A stretch of 64,000 bases of DNA. Origin: an uncultured bacterium. GTDB lineage: Bacteria; Patescibacteriota; JAHJAL01. The translations under genes and the position numbers were made by a program. Below the pieces are notes generated by a model. It had not been told where the DNA came from and searched no databases. It saw only the letters and a program-made list of their open reading frames with translations. The stretch covers positions 65,313 to 129,312 of the forward strand of contig CALKWM010000039.1 in assembly GCA_938004065.1 (NCBI GenBank), given 5' to 3'. Shown one piece after another: positions 32,471-41,253 of the stretch (position 1 is the first letter of the stretch; each line of letters begins with the position of its first letter).

Positions 32471-33190
32471 TTAGTACGGATATTTTCGAATAATTCGAAT
32501 GCTGTCTTCGATAAAACTCTCAAAATCCTGCTTTTTGAGATAAATGTTTTTGATCTTTTTTTGCCAATTAATAAGTTGCGGATAGTTGTGATTCAGAGGA
32601 TATTTTTCATGTACCATTATCCAAGGCCATAACTTGATCATATCCGCTTCCAGGCCGGTCAAACACCAAGAAAATATCTCAGCCAATGACCATTTTTCCC
32701 GATCGGATATTTTGAAATATATGTAGTGGGAATTGAAAATGGTAAAAAAATGGGAAATAAGTAATTCATGAGCGGTAATCTTTCTCATGGTAAAAGGATT
32801 TTCTTTCCATATCCGGGCGATTTTGGGACCGCCCCAATTACTGATACCGACATGATAAAGACTGACCACGCACTCATACTTCGGGTGTTTCCAGGAAAAT
32901 CCGGTAATTTTCTCGGTTGTACAAAAAAATGTATTATTAATCTCGTCCCAATGAGACTGATATGATTTCTGGGTGGAAACCAAGTATTTTTTCAGAATCA
33001 GGAAATCACCGGCGATTAATTCGTCGAGAATCTTTTCCAGACGAGAAGTTTTGATTACTTTGATATTTGGCAAAATTCCTCGAGCCAGCCAGTCGTCGAT
33101 CAATGGCTTCATTCTGGGCTGATCATTCCTCAGAAAATGAAGCAACATGACTTTTTCGTAATCCAAATCAATAATAAATTTTAGTTTCAT
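32471..33190 (-). CDS. Hypothetical protein (weak zincin-like HELLISH motif)
   Basis: 239-aa ORF; AHELLISH followed by LAE. Confidence 0.65.
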   Translation of the reverse strand: MKLKFIIDLDYEKVMLLHFLRNDQPRMKPLIDDWLARGILPNIKVIKTSRLEKILDELIAGDFLILKKYLVSTQKSYQSHWDEINNTFFCTTEKITGFSWKHPKYECVVSLYHVGISNWGGPKIARIWKENPFTMRKITAHELLISHFFTIFNSHYIYFKISDREKWSLAEIFSWCLTGLEADMIKLWPWIMVHEKYPLNHNYPQLINWQKKIKNIYLKKQDFESFIEDSIRIIRKYPY

Positions 33191-33276
33191 ATTGAGTAAT
33201 TGTTAATGAAATAGATACTATCTTCAGATAAATTTTTACTTTGAAAGCATGTCGCAAGTAAAAAATATAGCTATCT

Positions 33277-33855
33277 TTAAGAATCAGAAACCCTACATTG
33301 ATCGATGATAGAGTGGCGCATAAATCTGTTTTTCGCGATCAGATTTTCAATTTTTCCGTTGGTATATTTTTCTTTGACCAACAAGATCTTGTCAGAGTCT
33401 ACCCAGAGCTTATCAAAAGACACACTATCTTTGGAAAAATATTTTGCTTCAGCCGTGGTTCTGTCAGGATCATGGTCGGGCGATACCATTCCTTTGACAA
33501 TCGAACCACGAAAAGTGACGGCAATAAATGGGCGATCTTTTGAAAGCTCGGCCACAAGTAGGCGCTGAACAGAACATAATAATCCTGTTTCTTCTTTACA
33601 TTCTCTGATTGCGGTTTGATCCAATCGTTCGTTGTCTTTTTGACTTCCTCCCGGAGTCCACCAGAAATTTTCTATCCCTGGAAATTTCCCATCCGGCTGG
33701 CGACGGATCAGCACTACTTCGTCTTTGTAAGTGGCCAAGACAAAAGCGCCAAATTGGTAATCAATATTGTTATCCAGATCTGACATTATGAAATTGGCCA
33801 AGTTTGGATATCCAAACTCATCATATAGCGATAGTAGAAATTTAATTGGTTTCAT
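33277..33855 (-). CDS. NUDIX hydrolase
   Basis: Nudix box GGSQKDNERLDQTAIRECKEETGL; start uncertain (33855 or 33885). Confidence 0.88.
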   Translation of the reverse strand: MKPIKFLLSLYDEFGYPNLANFIMSDLDNNIDYQFGAFVLATYKDEVVLIRRQPDGKFPGIENFWWTPGGSQKDNERLDQTAIRECKEETGLLCSVQRLLVAELSKDRPFIAVTFRGSIVKGMVSPDHDPDRTTAEAKYFSKDSVSFDKLWVDSDKILLVKEKYTNGKIENLIAKNRFMRHSIIDQCRVSDS

Positions 33856-34026
33856 TGGTACAATATCAAAATATTGATAATACAATTATAACTTAATTTT
33901 CGGTCATAAATTTTATAGCGATTATCGATAAATTATCATAATTATTTTTATTTCATTTATTATATCTATTGGACAAGCCTGGGATTTTAATAAATATTAT
34001 TATGCAATATCATGTTTTTGGCATTT

Positions 34027-34059
34027 AAAAAGATCTTTCAAAAATTGAAAGATCTTTTT
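34027..34059 (-). terminator. Hairpin after the Cys-rich peptide gene
   Basis: aaaaagatctttcaa-aaa-ttgaaagatcttttt inverted repeat ~17 nt past the peptide stop. Confidence 0.7.
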
Positions 34060-34075
34060 TGTTTTTTTGTCTTTA

Positions 34076-34213
34076 TTAGCAACTGCAAACACAAACACAT
34101 GACAAGCAAGTACATTCGGCCGAACCTTGCGCGTCAAGAGTTTGCAGTTTTCCCAATACCACGGATAAATCTTCTGATTTTGGAACTATCAGTCCACTGA
34201 TCGGTTGATCCAT
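34076..34213 (-). CDS. Putative RiPP precursor peptide, 45 aa: MDQPISGLIVPKSEDLSVVLGKLQTLDAQGSAECTCLSCVCVCSC
   Basis: Translated by hand (below the ORF-track cutoff); GGAGG 8 nt upstream; ATG 3 nt after the rSAM stop; 6 Cys in the last 12 residues; double TAA then hairpin. Confidence 0.85.
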   Translation of the reverse strand: MDQPISGLIVPKSEDLSVVLGKLQTLDAQGSAECTCLSCVCVCSC

Positions 34214-34216
34214 TTA

Positions 34217-35689
34217 TTACACCTCCATACTGTTTTTTTGTTGGATTTCATACAAATCCCACACCAACCATTCACAAATGGTTTTTGTATGAATGCAGAA
34301 GTTTTCATCGGGGATATGCATGTCTCCCTGTCTGATTTCTGAATTGTAAGCACATCCTCCTCCGCACATTCCGATAGCAAAACAATCGTGACACCTGTTC
34401 ATATTGAATGGCGATCGCTGGCTCCATTTTAGAAAAACAGGATCATTTTGAAAGTCAAAATTCTTGTTGAAAACAGTAGTCGGAAAGTTTTTTTTAGTAG
34501 TCACATAAGCTTGGCATGAACCAATTCTACCAATCGGATCCACCACAAATTGGTTTCCATAGCCCGCACAATCGACGAGATGCAGAGTCTTGTTGACAAA
34601 GGCTTTTGCTTTTCTCATTATTCTATCTTCGTAAATACCCAAAATCCGGCAACGTTTGAAACATTTGATCATCATTTCAGTTGCTCGATAACTGTAGTCT
34701 TTACCTAGTTGTAGTTTATCCGGTGTGTCAATTAGCAGATTGAATCCAAATCCTTTGATTTTGAGATCAGATATCATCCAATCAACAACCGATTCCAATA
34801 TGGGTAAGTTTTTTTCATTGATAGTACAAGAGATACCGACATTGACTTGATGCATTTTCAAAGTGTGATAGTTTTTGATTATTTCGTCAAAACTGCCCGA
34901 ACCATTGTGATATATTCTATTAAAATCGTGAACATCTTTTGGCCCGTCTATTGAAAATGAGACATTTATCAAATCCTTATTCATGACAATGCAGTCAATT
35001 ATCTCTTCGGGAAGATATGTACCATTGGTAATAAGTCTGATTTTTGTATCAGCGGACAGTACGCCACCAGTTTTCATCCGTTTTACTTCATTCACTATAC
35101 TGACAACCCCCCGGGTATTCAGTAGAGGCTCCCCTCCATAAAGAATAATCTCGGGATTTGATGTCGATCTATTGGTCGAATTGAGCTGGTCGGCAAATTT
35201 TCGCAGGGCCAGTTTTATGATCTCTTCAGTCATAAAAGTAAATTTATGACTGTTTGATAAACAATTTTCAATGTAGCAATATTTGCACGCCAGATTGCAT
35301 TTATCGGTCAGGAGAAGATTTACTATATTGATTACCGGTCGTTGAAGAAATTTATCGGCAATGGTATTTATTATCCGATTTTCCTCATAAGCATCAGACA
35401 CGATAAAGCCACTGTCGATTAGCAATGAAATATCGTTGCCGATTGTATTTTCAACTGAAATTAACCTGATTGATGAATCTGACAGAGTGTTGTAATATTT
35501 TTTTTCTAGGTAATATGTTTGATGGGTCAAACTATGATACAAACAAACAATATCGTTTTTAAAAAAAGCATGTACAAATTTGGAAAATCTTAGCGATTTT
35601 CCATACGTATTCATTGCTGACAATGACTGATCTTTGGTCGAAATTTTTATACCTTTTGACTTTTCCGTTATAAATGTGCTGTCTGACAT
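34217..35689 (-). CDS. Radical SAM / SPASM domain peptide maturase
   Basis: CNLACKYC, YGGEPLL, SIDG, SPASM cysteines CAGY...GSC...CHDCFAIGMCGGGC...FC; N-terminal extension of RRE-like size. Confidence 0.92.
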   Translation of the reverse strand: MSDSTFITEKSKGIKISTKDQSLSAMNTYGKSLRFSKFVHAFFKNDIVCLYHSLTHQTYYLEKKYYNTLSDSSIRLISVENTIGNDISLLIDSGFIVSDAYEENRIINTIADKFLQRPVINIVNLLLTDKCNLACKYCYIENCLSNSHKFTFMTEEIIKLALRKFADQLNSTNRSTSNPEIILYGGEPLLNTRGVVSIVNEVKRMKTGGVLSADTKIRLITNGTYLPEEIIDCIVMNKDLINVSFSIDGPKDVHDFNRIYHNGSGSFDEIIKNYHTLKMHQVNVGISCTINEKNLPILESVVDWMISDLKIKGFGFNLLIDTPDKLQLGKDYSYRATEMMIKCFKRCRILGIYEDRIMRKAKAFVNKTLHLVDCAGYGNQFVVDPIGRIGSCQAYVTTKKNFPTTVFNKNFDFQNDPVFLKWSQRSPFNMNRCHDCFAIGMCGGGCAYNSEIRQGDMHIPDENFCIHTKTICEWLVWDLYEIQQKNSMEV

Positions 35690-35775
35690 TTATTACTCCA
35701 CCCCCTTTAAAGTAATTTGACCAGTTTTATTATATTATATTGCAGACAAATTGTTTAGAATTTTGTTGTATAGGA

Positions 35776-35809
35776 AAAGCGCTCCCGTTCAATATAAACG
35801 AGGCGCTTT
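35776..35809 (-). terminator. Hairpin, probably the tmRNA terminator displaced by the island
   Basis: aaagcgctcccgtt...aacgaggcgcttt; on the minus strand it follows the duplicated tmRNA 3' end and ends in a short T run. Confidence 0.6.
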
Positions 35810-35827
35810 GTGAGCAAAAAGCTCGGC

Positions 35828-35842
35828 AAGTGGAGATGGCCG
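35828..35842. repeat. att site (duplicated tmRNA 3' end)
   Basis: Identical to 41169-41183; embedded in the dyad gctcggc-N11-gccgagc. Confidence 0.88.
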
Positions 35843-36070
35843 AGCCTATTTCGAACATATTGAATTATTAGTTAACAGACATTTACCGGCGTTCCAAAAA
35901 TGGGGCGAGTTTATCTTATTGATAAAAAAAGAATGGGAGAATAAGGTATTATCACAAGATTGGCAGGCAAATTTGTCATTCAAATATTAGCGATAAATAA
36001 ATAAGAAGGCCGTGTTTCGAACATTGCATTTGAGATATAATATAAATGTATTATGTTATAACTTTAGTAA

Positions 36071-36394
36071 ATGATTGAATTATTTAATACAGCCGTAAGA
36101 TCACCAGTAATAATAACGTTAACTGTCTTATATTTTCTGACTTCGTCTATTACTACGTTTGATATCAGAATGACTCAAGGGAAATGTGATGGGACCATTC
36201 CCTCCAATGAACAAATGCCACCAAGATGGGTTGCTTTAATTTACTGGATTGATTGGCTGCTTATCATTGCTATATTTTTGCTTAACTGGAAATATGCAGT
36301 ATTAGTTTTTATCGTCAAGTTTATTCTTCAGGTTTTACCAGTTTTGGAGATAGCGGGAAATATTTTAATGTCTCCTTTTAAACGAAAAGGTTAA
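36071..36394 (+). CDS. Hypothetical membrane protein (island cargo)
   Basis: 107 aa with 2-3 hydrophobic segments. Confidence 0.7.
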   Translation: MIELFNTAVRSPVIITLTVLYFLTSSITTFDIRMTQGKCDGTIPSNEQMPPRWVALIYWIDWLLIIAIFLLNWKYAVLVFIVKFILQVLPVLEIAGNILMSPFKRKG

Positions 36395-36400
36395 CGACTT

Positions 36401-36874
36401 ATGACCGAATTAACAAAATTACAGAAATTAATTATTCTACTGTATGCAGGTAATGCATATAGTGCTTATCGAGATAATAGTTTAACTGAATTATTTTCAA
36501 AATCGAAAGCATATTTAGACAAGTATTCCAATCAACCTATGAAACAATATGGCGGCGGTTGTGCGCTTTATATAATGAAACAAGTATTAGCAGGGGAAAT
36601 AAAATATAACGAAAAAGAAATCAGCGATGAACTTAAAAAGGTTTGGTTGTCTATAGCCATAGGATTTGAACTTACAAGCACATCACTTGAATTACCAAAA
36701 TATTTGCTGCCAATCGTAAGACTATTTGCCGCACCACATATTAAAGATAAGGGTTTTTCAGAATGGGTAGCAAAATACAACCAAGAATTATCTGTTTATA
36801 TCAGTTTGATAAATGGCCTTGAAAATATCCAAAAAAATTGCGATGTCCATCAAACTGTTTTTGATAGAAATTAA
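36401..36874 (+). CDS. Hypothetical protein (island cargo)
   Basis: 157-aa ORF, tightly spaced with neighbours. Confidence 0.65.
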   Translation: MTELTKLQKLIILLYAGNAYSAYRDNSLTELFSKSKAYLDKYSNQPMKQYGGGCALYIMKQVLAGEIKYNEKEISDELKKVWLSIAIGFELTSTSLELPKYLLPIVRLFAAPHIKDKGFSEWVAKYNQELSVYISLINGLENIQKNCDVHQTVFDRN

Positions 36875-36892
36875 TATATTAATAATAAGTCT

Positions 36893-37069
36893 ATGAGTGA
36901 AGATAACGAACAAAAGGAAAATGACGATTTGCTTGAGTTGGTTAAAACAGCCAAAGATATCGATATTAAAGAAAAGTCTGACAAAAATGATAAGGGATTT
37001 GAAGATAATAAAGGAAATTGGGTCAAATTCAATGAGAAAGAAAAAAGCAGAACTTTCACGGAAAATTAA
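36893..37069 (+). CDS. Small charged hypothetical protein, 58 aa (MSEDNEQKENDDLLELVK...)
   Basis: ATG-started frame translated by hand; overlaps the next ORF. Confidence 0.4.
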   Translation: MSEDNEQKENDDLLELVKTAKDIDIKEKSDKNDKGFEDNKGNWVKFNEKEKSRTFTEN

Positions 37070-37385
37070 ACCTATAGGCCGGCAGGCGTTATATTCATTG
37101 ATAAGCTGTGATGCAAAAAGCGTGATTGAGAGGCTGAAAGAATTAAGTCAAAGCAAGAATGAAAATGTTGCTTTGGGTGCTTGTAAGGTACTAATTAACA
37201 AGATTTTACCCGATATTAGCAGTATTGGCTTGCTTGATTTACAGTTGGTTGAGCATCAAAAAGGGAATGAAATAATTGATATAGCGGTTGATAGACTAAA
37301 AAAGACGAGTGATGCTTATATTATTGATGAAAATGGCTATTTTAAAAACGAAAAAGATGCTGTCGCTTTTTTAGAAAATAATTAA
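37032..37385 (+). CDS. Hypothetical helical protein (possibly terminase-small-subunit-like)
   Basis: Probable start MRKKK; motif SKNENVALGACKVLINKILPD. Confidence 0.6.
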   Translation: MRKKKAELSRKIKPIGRQALYSLISCDAKSVIERLKELSQSKNENVALGACKVLINKILPDISSIGLLDLQLVEHQKGNEIIDIAVDRLKKTSDAYIIDENGYFKNEKDAVAFLENN

Positions 37386-37395
37386 GATATATTTT

Positions 37396-37740
37396 ATGGA
37401 ATTAGAAAAAGCTGAAAATATTGTTCGCATTTGGGGTATTTTTCTCGAACATTCTTTTGGCAAATTAAATTTGCTTTTTATGGCTAAAATACCAGACTTC
37501 TTTTTGCCTTTTCCAAAAGAAACAATTGAAGTAGCTGTTAATACTATTGCCGAAATGCATCATAATGCTGGCAATACTGAGGCGGTAAATTCTCTACAGA
37601 GTACTTTGCCATATCTTATTGGTTTTATTGATAATGAACAAGCTATTATAAATGCAGCGAAATTGTTTAAAGACGACAAATATCGGGATAAAATTTTGCC
37701 GGCTTTGAAAAGAAATCAGGATAATTGGATAAATATATAG
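37396..37740 (+). CDS. Hypothetical protein (island cargo)
   Basis: 114-aa ORF. Confidence 0.65.
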   Translation: MELEKAENIVRIWGIFLEHSFGKLNLLFMAKIPDFFLPFPKETIEVAVNTIAEMHHNAGNTEAVNSLQSTLPYLIGFIDNEQAIINAAKLFKDDKYRDKILPALKRNQDNWINI

Positions 37741-37776
37741 AAATAATAAAACCAATTTTGCATAATAAGTGTAATT

Positions 37777-38172
37777 ATGAACACTACAAAATATGAAAAT
37801 CTTAAAATGAAGGAAAGATATTTGCCAATATCAGTTAGTGAAATAATGCTGATTGTAGCCGGCGCAATTGTCTTTCTATTACATAATTTAAGTGAATACA
37901 GACTAATATTCATTATTGCAGTTATAGGATTGTATTGGCTTAAAATTAGACTGATTGAAACTAAAATTCAAAATAAAAAACAAGAGATTTATAATGTCTT
38001 CTATGATAAATGTAAACCTGTTGCAATGAAGGTTATAGAGGGCAAAACAAGAATTGCCAGAAAGCCACTCGAGTATGAAATGGACCAATTAGAATTTGAC
38101 AGAAAATGCTTAGTGGATAAGTTTGTAGTTATAAATCTTATTCTAATGATTTTAATTCAATTATTTTTTTAA
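37777..38172 (+). CDS. Hypothetical membrane protein (island cargo)
   Basis: Two N-terminal and one C-terminal hydrophobic helices. Confidence 0.65.
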   Translation: MNTTKYENLKMKERYLPISVSEIMLIVAGAIVFLLHNLSEYRLIFIIAVIGLYWLKIRLIETKIQNKKQEIYNVFYDKCKPVAMKVIEGKTRIARKPLEYEMDQLEFDRKCLVDKFVVINLILMILIQLFF

Positions 38173-38250
38173 TTTAATTTGTCAACACCACACTTAACAG
38201 ATATGAACGACGGGGAGTATAAATAAATTATTGTTATTAAGAGGTAAGCA

Positions 38251-38844
38251 ATGGAAAGAATTATACTAATTTGTTTTATTAGTTTACTACTCTTTACTAG
38301 TTTGGGATGTCAAAATCAAACCGCAAATGATAATGATGCAATAAATTCATCTGAAACCGTTTTACAAAAACAAGAAGAGAAAAGCATCTCACAAGAAGAG
38401 CCAATTATTACAACAGAAGAAAAAGAAAATTTATCTGATAGTGAAATAATAACTTCAATAGTAAAAAAAATTGATGATTTTGATATTATGATTGTTGACA
38501 CAAATGGTGAATTTTACATTGACTCACCTGTTCCACCCTATGAAATAATTATTAATTCAACTCCAGAACAGATAATAGATTGTTTTGATGCAAAAAATAA
38601 GTTGGTTGAATTAATGAAAGGACTTTATAAAAATGATAAAGTTGGTAATAAAATTTCCAGAGTAAAATTTTCTGCGTGGGGTCAATTAAGAGCCAGTCTA
38701 GGAAGTGATGACAGTAATGCACTTGATAGCGATCCTGGACCGTCTGTGTATTGGGAGAATACTTTGAAATTTAAACCATATGAAGACGAGGATGGACCAT
38801 TGGAACAGCGGACTTGGGGCGTAAGTATTAATGGGTGTAAATAA
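38251..38844 (+). CDS. Putative lipoprotein (island cargo)
   Basis: Lipobox SLGC; GAGG upstream. Confidence 0.75.
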   Translation: MERIILICFISLLLFTSLGCQNQTANDNDAINSSETVLQKQEEKSISQEEPIITTEEKENLSDSEIITSIVKKIDDFDIMIVDTNGEFYIDSPVPPYEIIINSTPEQIIDCFDAKNKLVELMKGLYKNDKVGNKISRVKFSAWGQLRASLGSDDSNALDSDPGPSVYWENTLKFKPYEDEDGPLEQRTWGVSINGCK

Positions 38845-38877
38845 TATTATTTATCATTTTTTTACTAAATTATAATT

Positions 38878-39576
38878 ATGAAACAAGCGAAATTATTGCT
38901 ATTCTCCTTTCTGATGATTGTTTTGGTTGGGACGGGTATCACCTATGCGGTAACATCAAATCTACCACAGGAGGAGGCATCAGAGACTGATTATGTGTAT
39001 CGTTTTTGGTCCGATGTATTTCACGGCCATTTCTTTACCATAGACTATGACGAAGCCACAAAGGTTAAAAACACTGACTCTAATTGGAATTATGAAAAAG
39101 TGGCGTTTAGTGCTTATAAAACACAGCAAAGCGATACTATACCTCTATATAGGTTTTGGTCTGATGTGTTCAAGGGTCATTTTTATACTGCTGATGAGAG
39201 CGAGTATTTGAAAGTTAAAAATACTGATAGTAATTGGAAATATGAATGGATTGCTTATTATGTTTACCCACTAACTTACAGCGGTCCGGTAGAGACTGAA
39301 ACTGTATTTCGTTTTTGGAGTCCGGTATTTTTGCATCACTTCTATACTTCAGATGAAAATGAAATGAACAAAGTTAAAAACACTGATAGTAACTGGACTT
39401 ATGAAGGACCGGCATTTAAGGTGCCTAAACAAGAATTTACTAGTATTAGTTGCGATAAACGATGCGATGAGATGATTAGTTGTCAGGAAGCATATTGGTA
39501 TCTTAATGATGTGGGTTGTGGCGACAAAGACCAAGATAACGATGGCATACCTTGCGAAGAGATTTGTGGAGGATAG
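38878..39576 (+). CDS. Secreted protein with three DUF5648-like repeats and an Excalibur-like Ca-binding domain
   Basis: 3x (Y/F)RFWS.VF..HF(F/Y)T...E..KVKNTDSNW.YE; tail CDEMISCQEA...DQDNDGIPCEEIC. Confidence 0.8.
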   Translation: MKQAKLLLFSFLMIVLVGTGITYAVTSNLPQEEASETDYVYRFWSDVFHGHFFTIDYDEATKVKNTDSNWNYEKVAFSAYKTQQSDTIPLYRFWSDVFKGHFYTADESEYLKVKNTDSNWKYEWIAYYVYPLTYSGPVETETVFRFWSPVFLHHFYTSDENEMNKVKNTDSNWTYEGPAFKVPKQEFTSISCDKRCDEMISCQEAYWYLNDVGCGDKDQDNDGIPCEEICGG

Positions 39577-39672
39577 ATATTTATAAATACAGTAAAAGAA
39601 TATTTAACCATCTCAAATGCGAGGTGGTTAAATTATAATTGATACATACATTATTATTTGGCTTTAATTTCA

Positions 39673-41253
39673 ATGAAAAACACAAAATATATCATCTATG
39701 CCCGCCGGTCCTCTGATGAAAAATCAGGCAATCAGGCGAAGTCTATTCCTGACCAGATTGATGCTTGCCTTGATTTAGCATATAGATTGGGAATAAAAAT
39801 CAATAAAGATAAGGATATTTATTCGGAAAGTAAATCAGCAAAGACCTATGACAACCGGCCAATATTCAACAAAATTATTCATATGATTGAGAAGGGAGTT
39901 GTTGAGGGCATAATATCTTGGCATCCGGATAGGTTGTCGAGAAATATGTTTGAAGCTGGGAAAATAATAGATTTATTGGATGTTGGGAAAATAAAAGATT
40001 TAAAATTTTGTACTCACCATTTCGAAAATACTGCATCCGGAAAGATGATGTTGGGTATTATGTTTGCTATTTCCAAAGAGTATAGCGATAAATTGAGTGA
40101 GAATATCAGCAGGGGCTATCGGACTAATTTTGAGCAGGGTATATCCGGCGGTAAGCCAAAATGGGGCTATAAAATTGACGAGAGTGGCTATTATGTACCG
40201 GACGAGCCGAACTATAGCATTATTAAAAAAGCTTGGGAAATGAGGCTTGAGGGGGTTACAGTAAATAAAATATTTGAATGGCTGAAGACTATGGATTGCC
40301 ATCGGTATTTTAAGAACAATAGAGATAACAAAAAATATATCACCAAAACAGCACTTGGATATATTTTCAAAGACGCTTTGTATTATGGGATTTTGCGACG
40401 GAAGGATAAATTTGTGGAATTGAAAAAAATATACGATTTTCAGCCAATGATAAACCAAGCAGAATTTAATATGGTCCAGAAAATCAATCCACGAGCACCA
40501 AAGGTATATACCAAATTAGAACTACCATTTCGGGATAACATCGTAAAATGCGAATGCGGAAAGTATTGCTTTCCAACTATTGAGACCGGCCGGAAAGATA
40601 GGTATTTATCTTTATACTGTAGGGATAGAATGAAATGCAAATCAGGAAAGTATCGAACAAGGGCAAAGAAGATTGTGGATGCAATATCTGATGATTTGGA
40701 GAACAAATTTGGTCCGAAGAAAAAGAACTTTGAAATAGTAAAGGAGAGGTTATTAAAAGCTATTGAGGCAAAACAAAATGATGACACAAAAAAAATAGCT
40801 TATTTGAATAGAAAAATAAGCGTTAAAAAGAAAGAATACGATAGCTTGGTACTTAATTGTTTGAAAAAGGAAAAGGACTTGAGCAAGGAAGAAAGAAAGG
40901 TTTACGAGAGGGAAAAGATGAAACTAACAAATGAGATTGCCGGTTACGAAGAAGAACGAGACACTATCAAGAAAAATGATGTACTGAAAGACTTTGACTA
41001 TGAATTTTTTTCGAACTTTTTGAAGAACATAAGCCAGTACTGGAAAAAGGCGAATTATAAACAAAAACACATAATTGCAAAAATTATGTTTTCGAACATA
41101 GTGGTTAGTGGCGGAAAAGTCTTTTATTTACAATACAATCCGTTTATAGCGGACCTTTTTGCTCTGGGAAGTGGAGATGGCCGGAGTCGAACCGGCGTCC
41201 AAAATTGTTTAACATCAATTTCTACATGTTTAGTTAAGTTTAAAATTTTTTAG
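39673..41253 (+). CDS. Large serine recombinase (integrase)
   Basis: YARRSS catalytic Ser, WHPDRLSRN, recombinase domain, zinc ribbon CECG...YC...C, coiled coil; 3' end runs antisense into tmRNA. Confidence 0.95.
   Translation: MKNTKYIIYARRSSDEKSGNQAKSIPDQIDACLDLAYRLGIKINKDKDIYSESKSAKTYDNRPIFNKIIHMIEKGVVEGIISWHPDRLSRNMFEAGKIIDLLDVGKIKDLKFCTHHFENTASGKMMLGIMFAISKEYSDKLSENISRGYRTNFEQGISGGKPKWGYKIDESGYYVPDEPNYSIIKKAWEMRLEGVTVNKIFEWLKTMDCHRYFKNNRDNKKYITKTALGYIFKDALYYGILRRKDKFVELKKIYDFQPMINQAEFNMVQKINPRAPKVYTKLELPFRDNIVKCECGKYCFPTIETGRKDRYLSLYCRDRMKCKSGKYRTRAKKIVDAISDDLENKFGPKKKNFEIVKERLLKAIEAKQNDDTKKIAYLNRKISVKKKEYDSLVLNCLKKEKDLSKEERKVYEREKMKLTNEIAGYEEERDTIKKNDVLKDFDYEFFSNFLKNISQYWKKANYKQKHIIAKIMFSNIVVSGGKVFYLQYNPFIADLFALGSGDGRSRTGVQNCLTSISTCLVKFKIF

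Larger units (their letters stand above)
35828..41183. mobile_element. Genomic island integrated at the tmRNA 3' end
   Basis: 15-bp direct repeat aagtggagatggccg at 35828-35842 and 41169-41183; serine recombinase at one end; AT-rich co-oriented orphan cargo. Confidence 0.9.

Noticed and set aside
34012-34380. ORF-track calls 34012-34200 (+) and 34189-34380 (-) as the precursor
   Set aside because: They are antisense to or overlap the rSAM locus without a good RBS; 34076-34213 has an RBS, coupling and a Cys core
36071-39576. Integron-like cassette array
   Set aside because: No repeated attC-like sites between the ORFs and no tyrosine integrase
41172-41200. Stand-alone tRNA gene
   Set aside because: The T-arm and acceptor pair with a 5' end ~400 nt away with a tag frame between, which defines tmRNA
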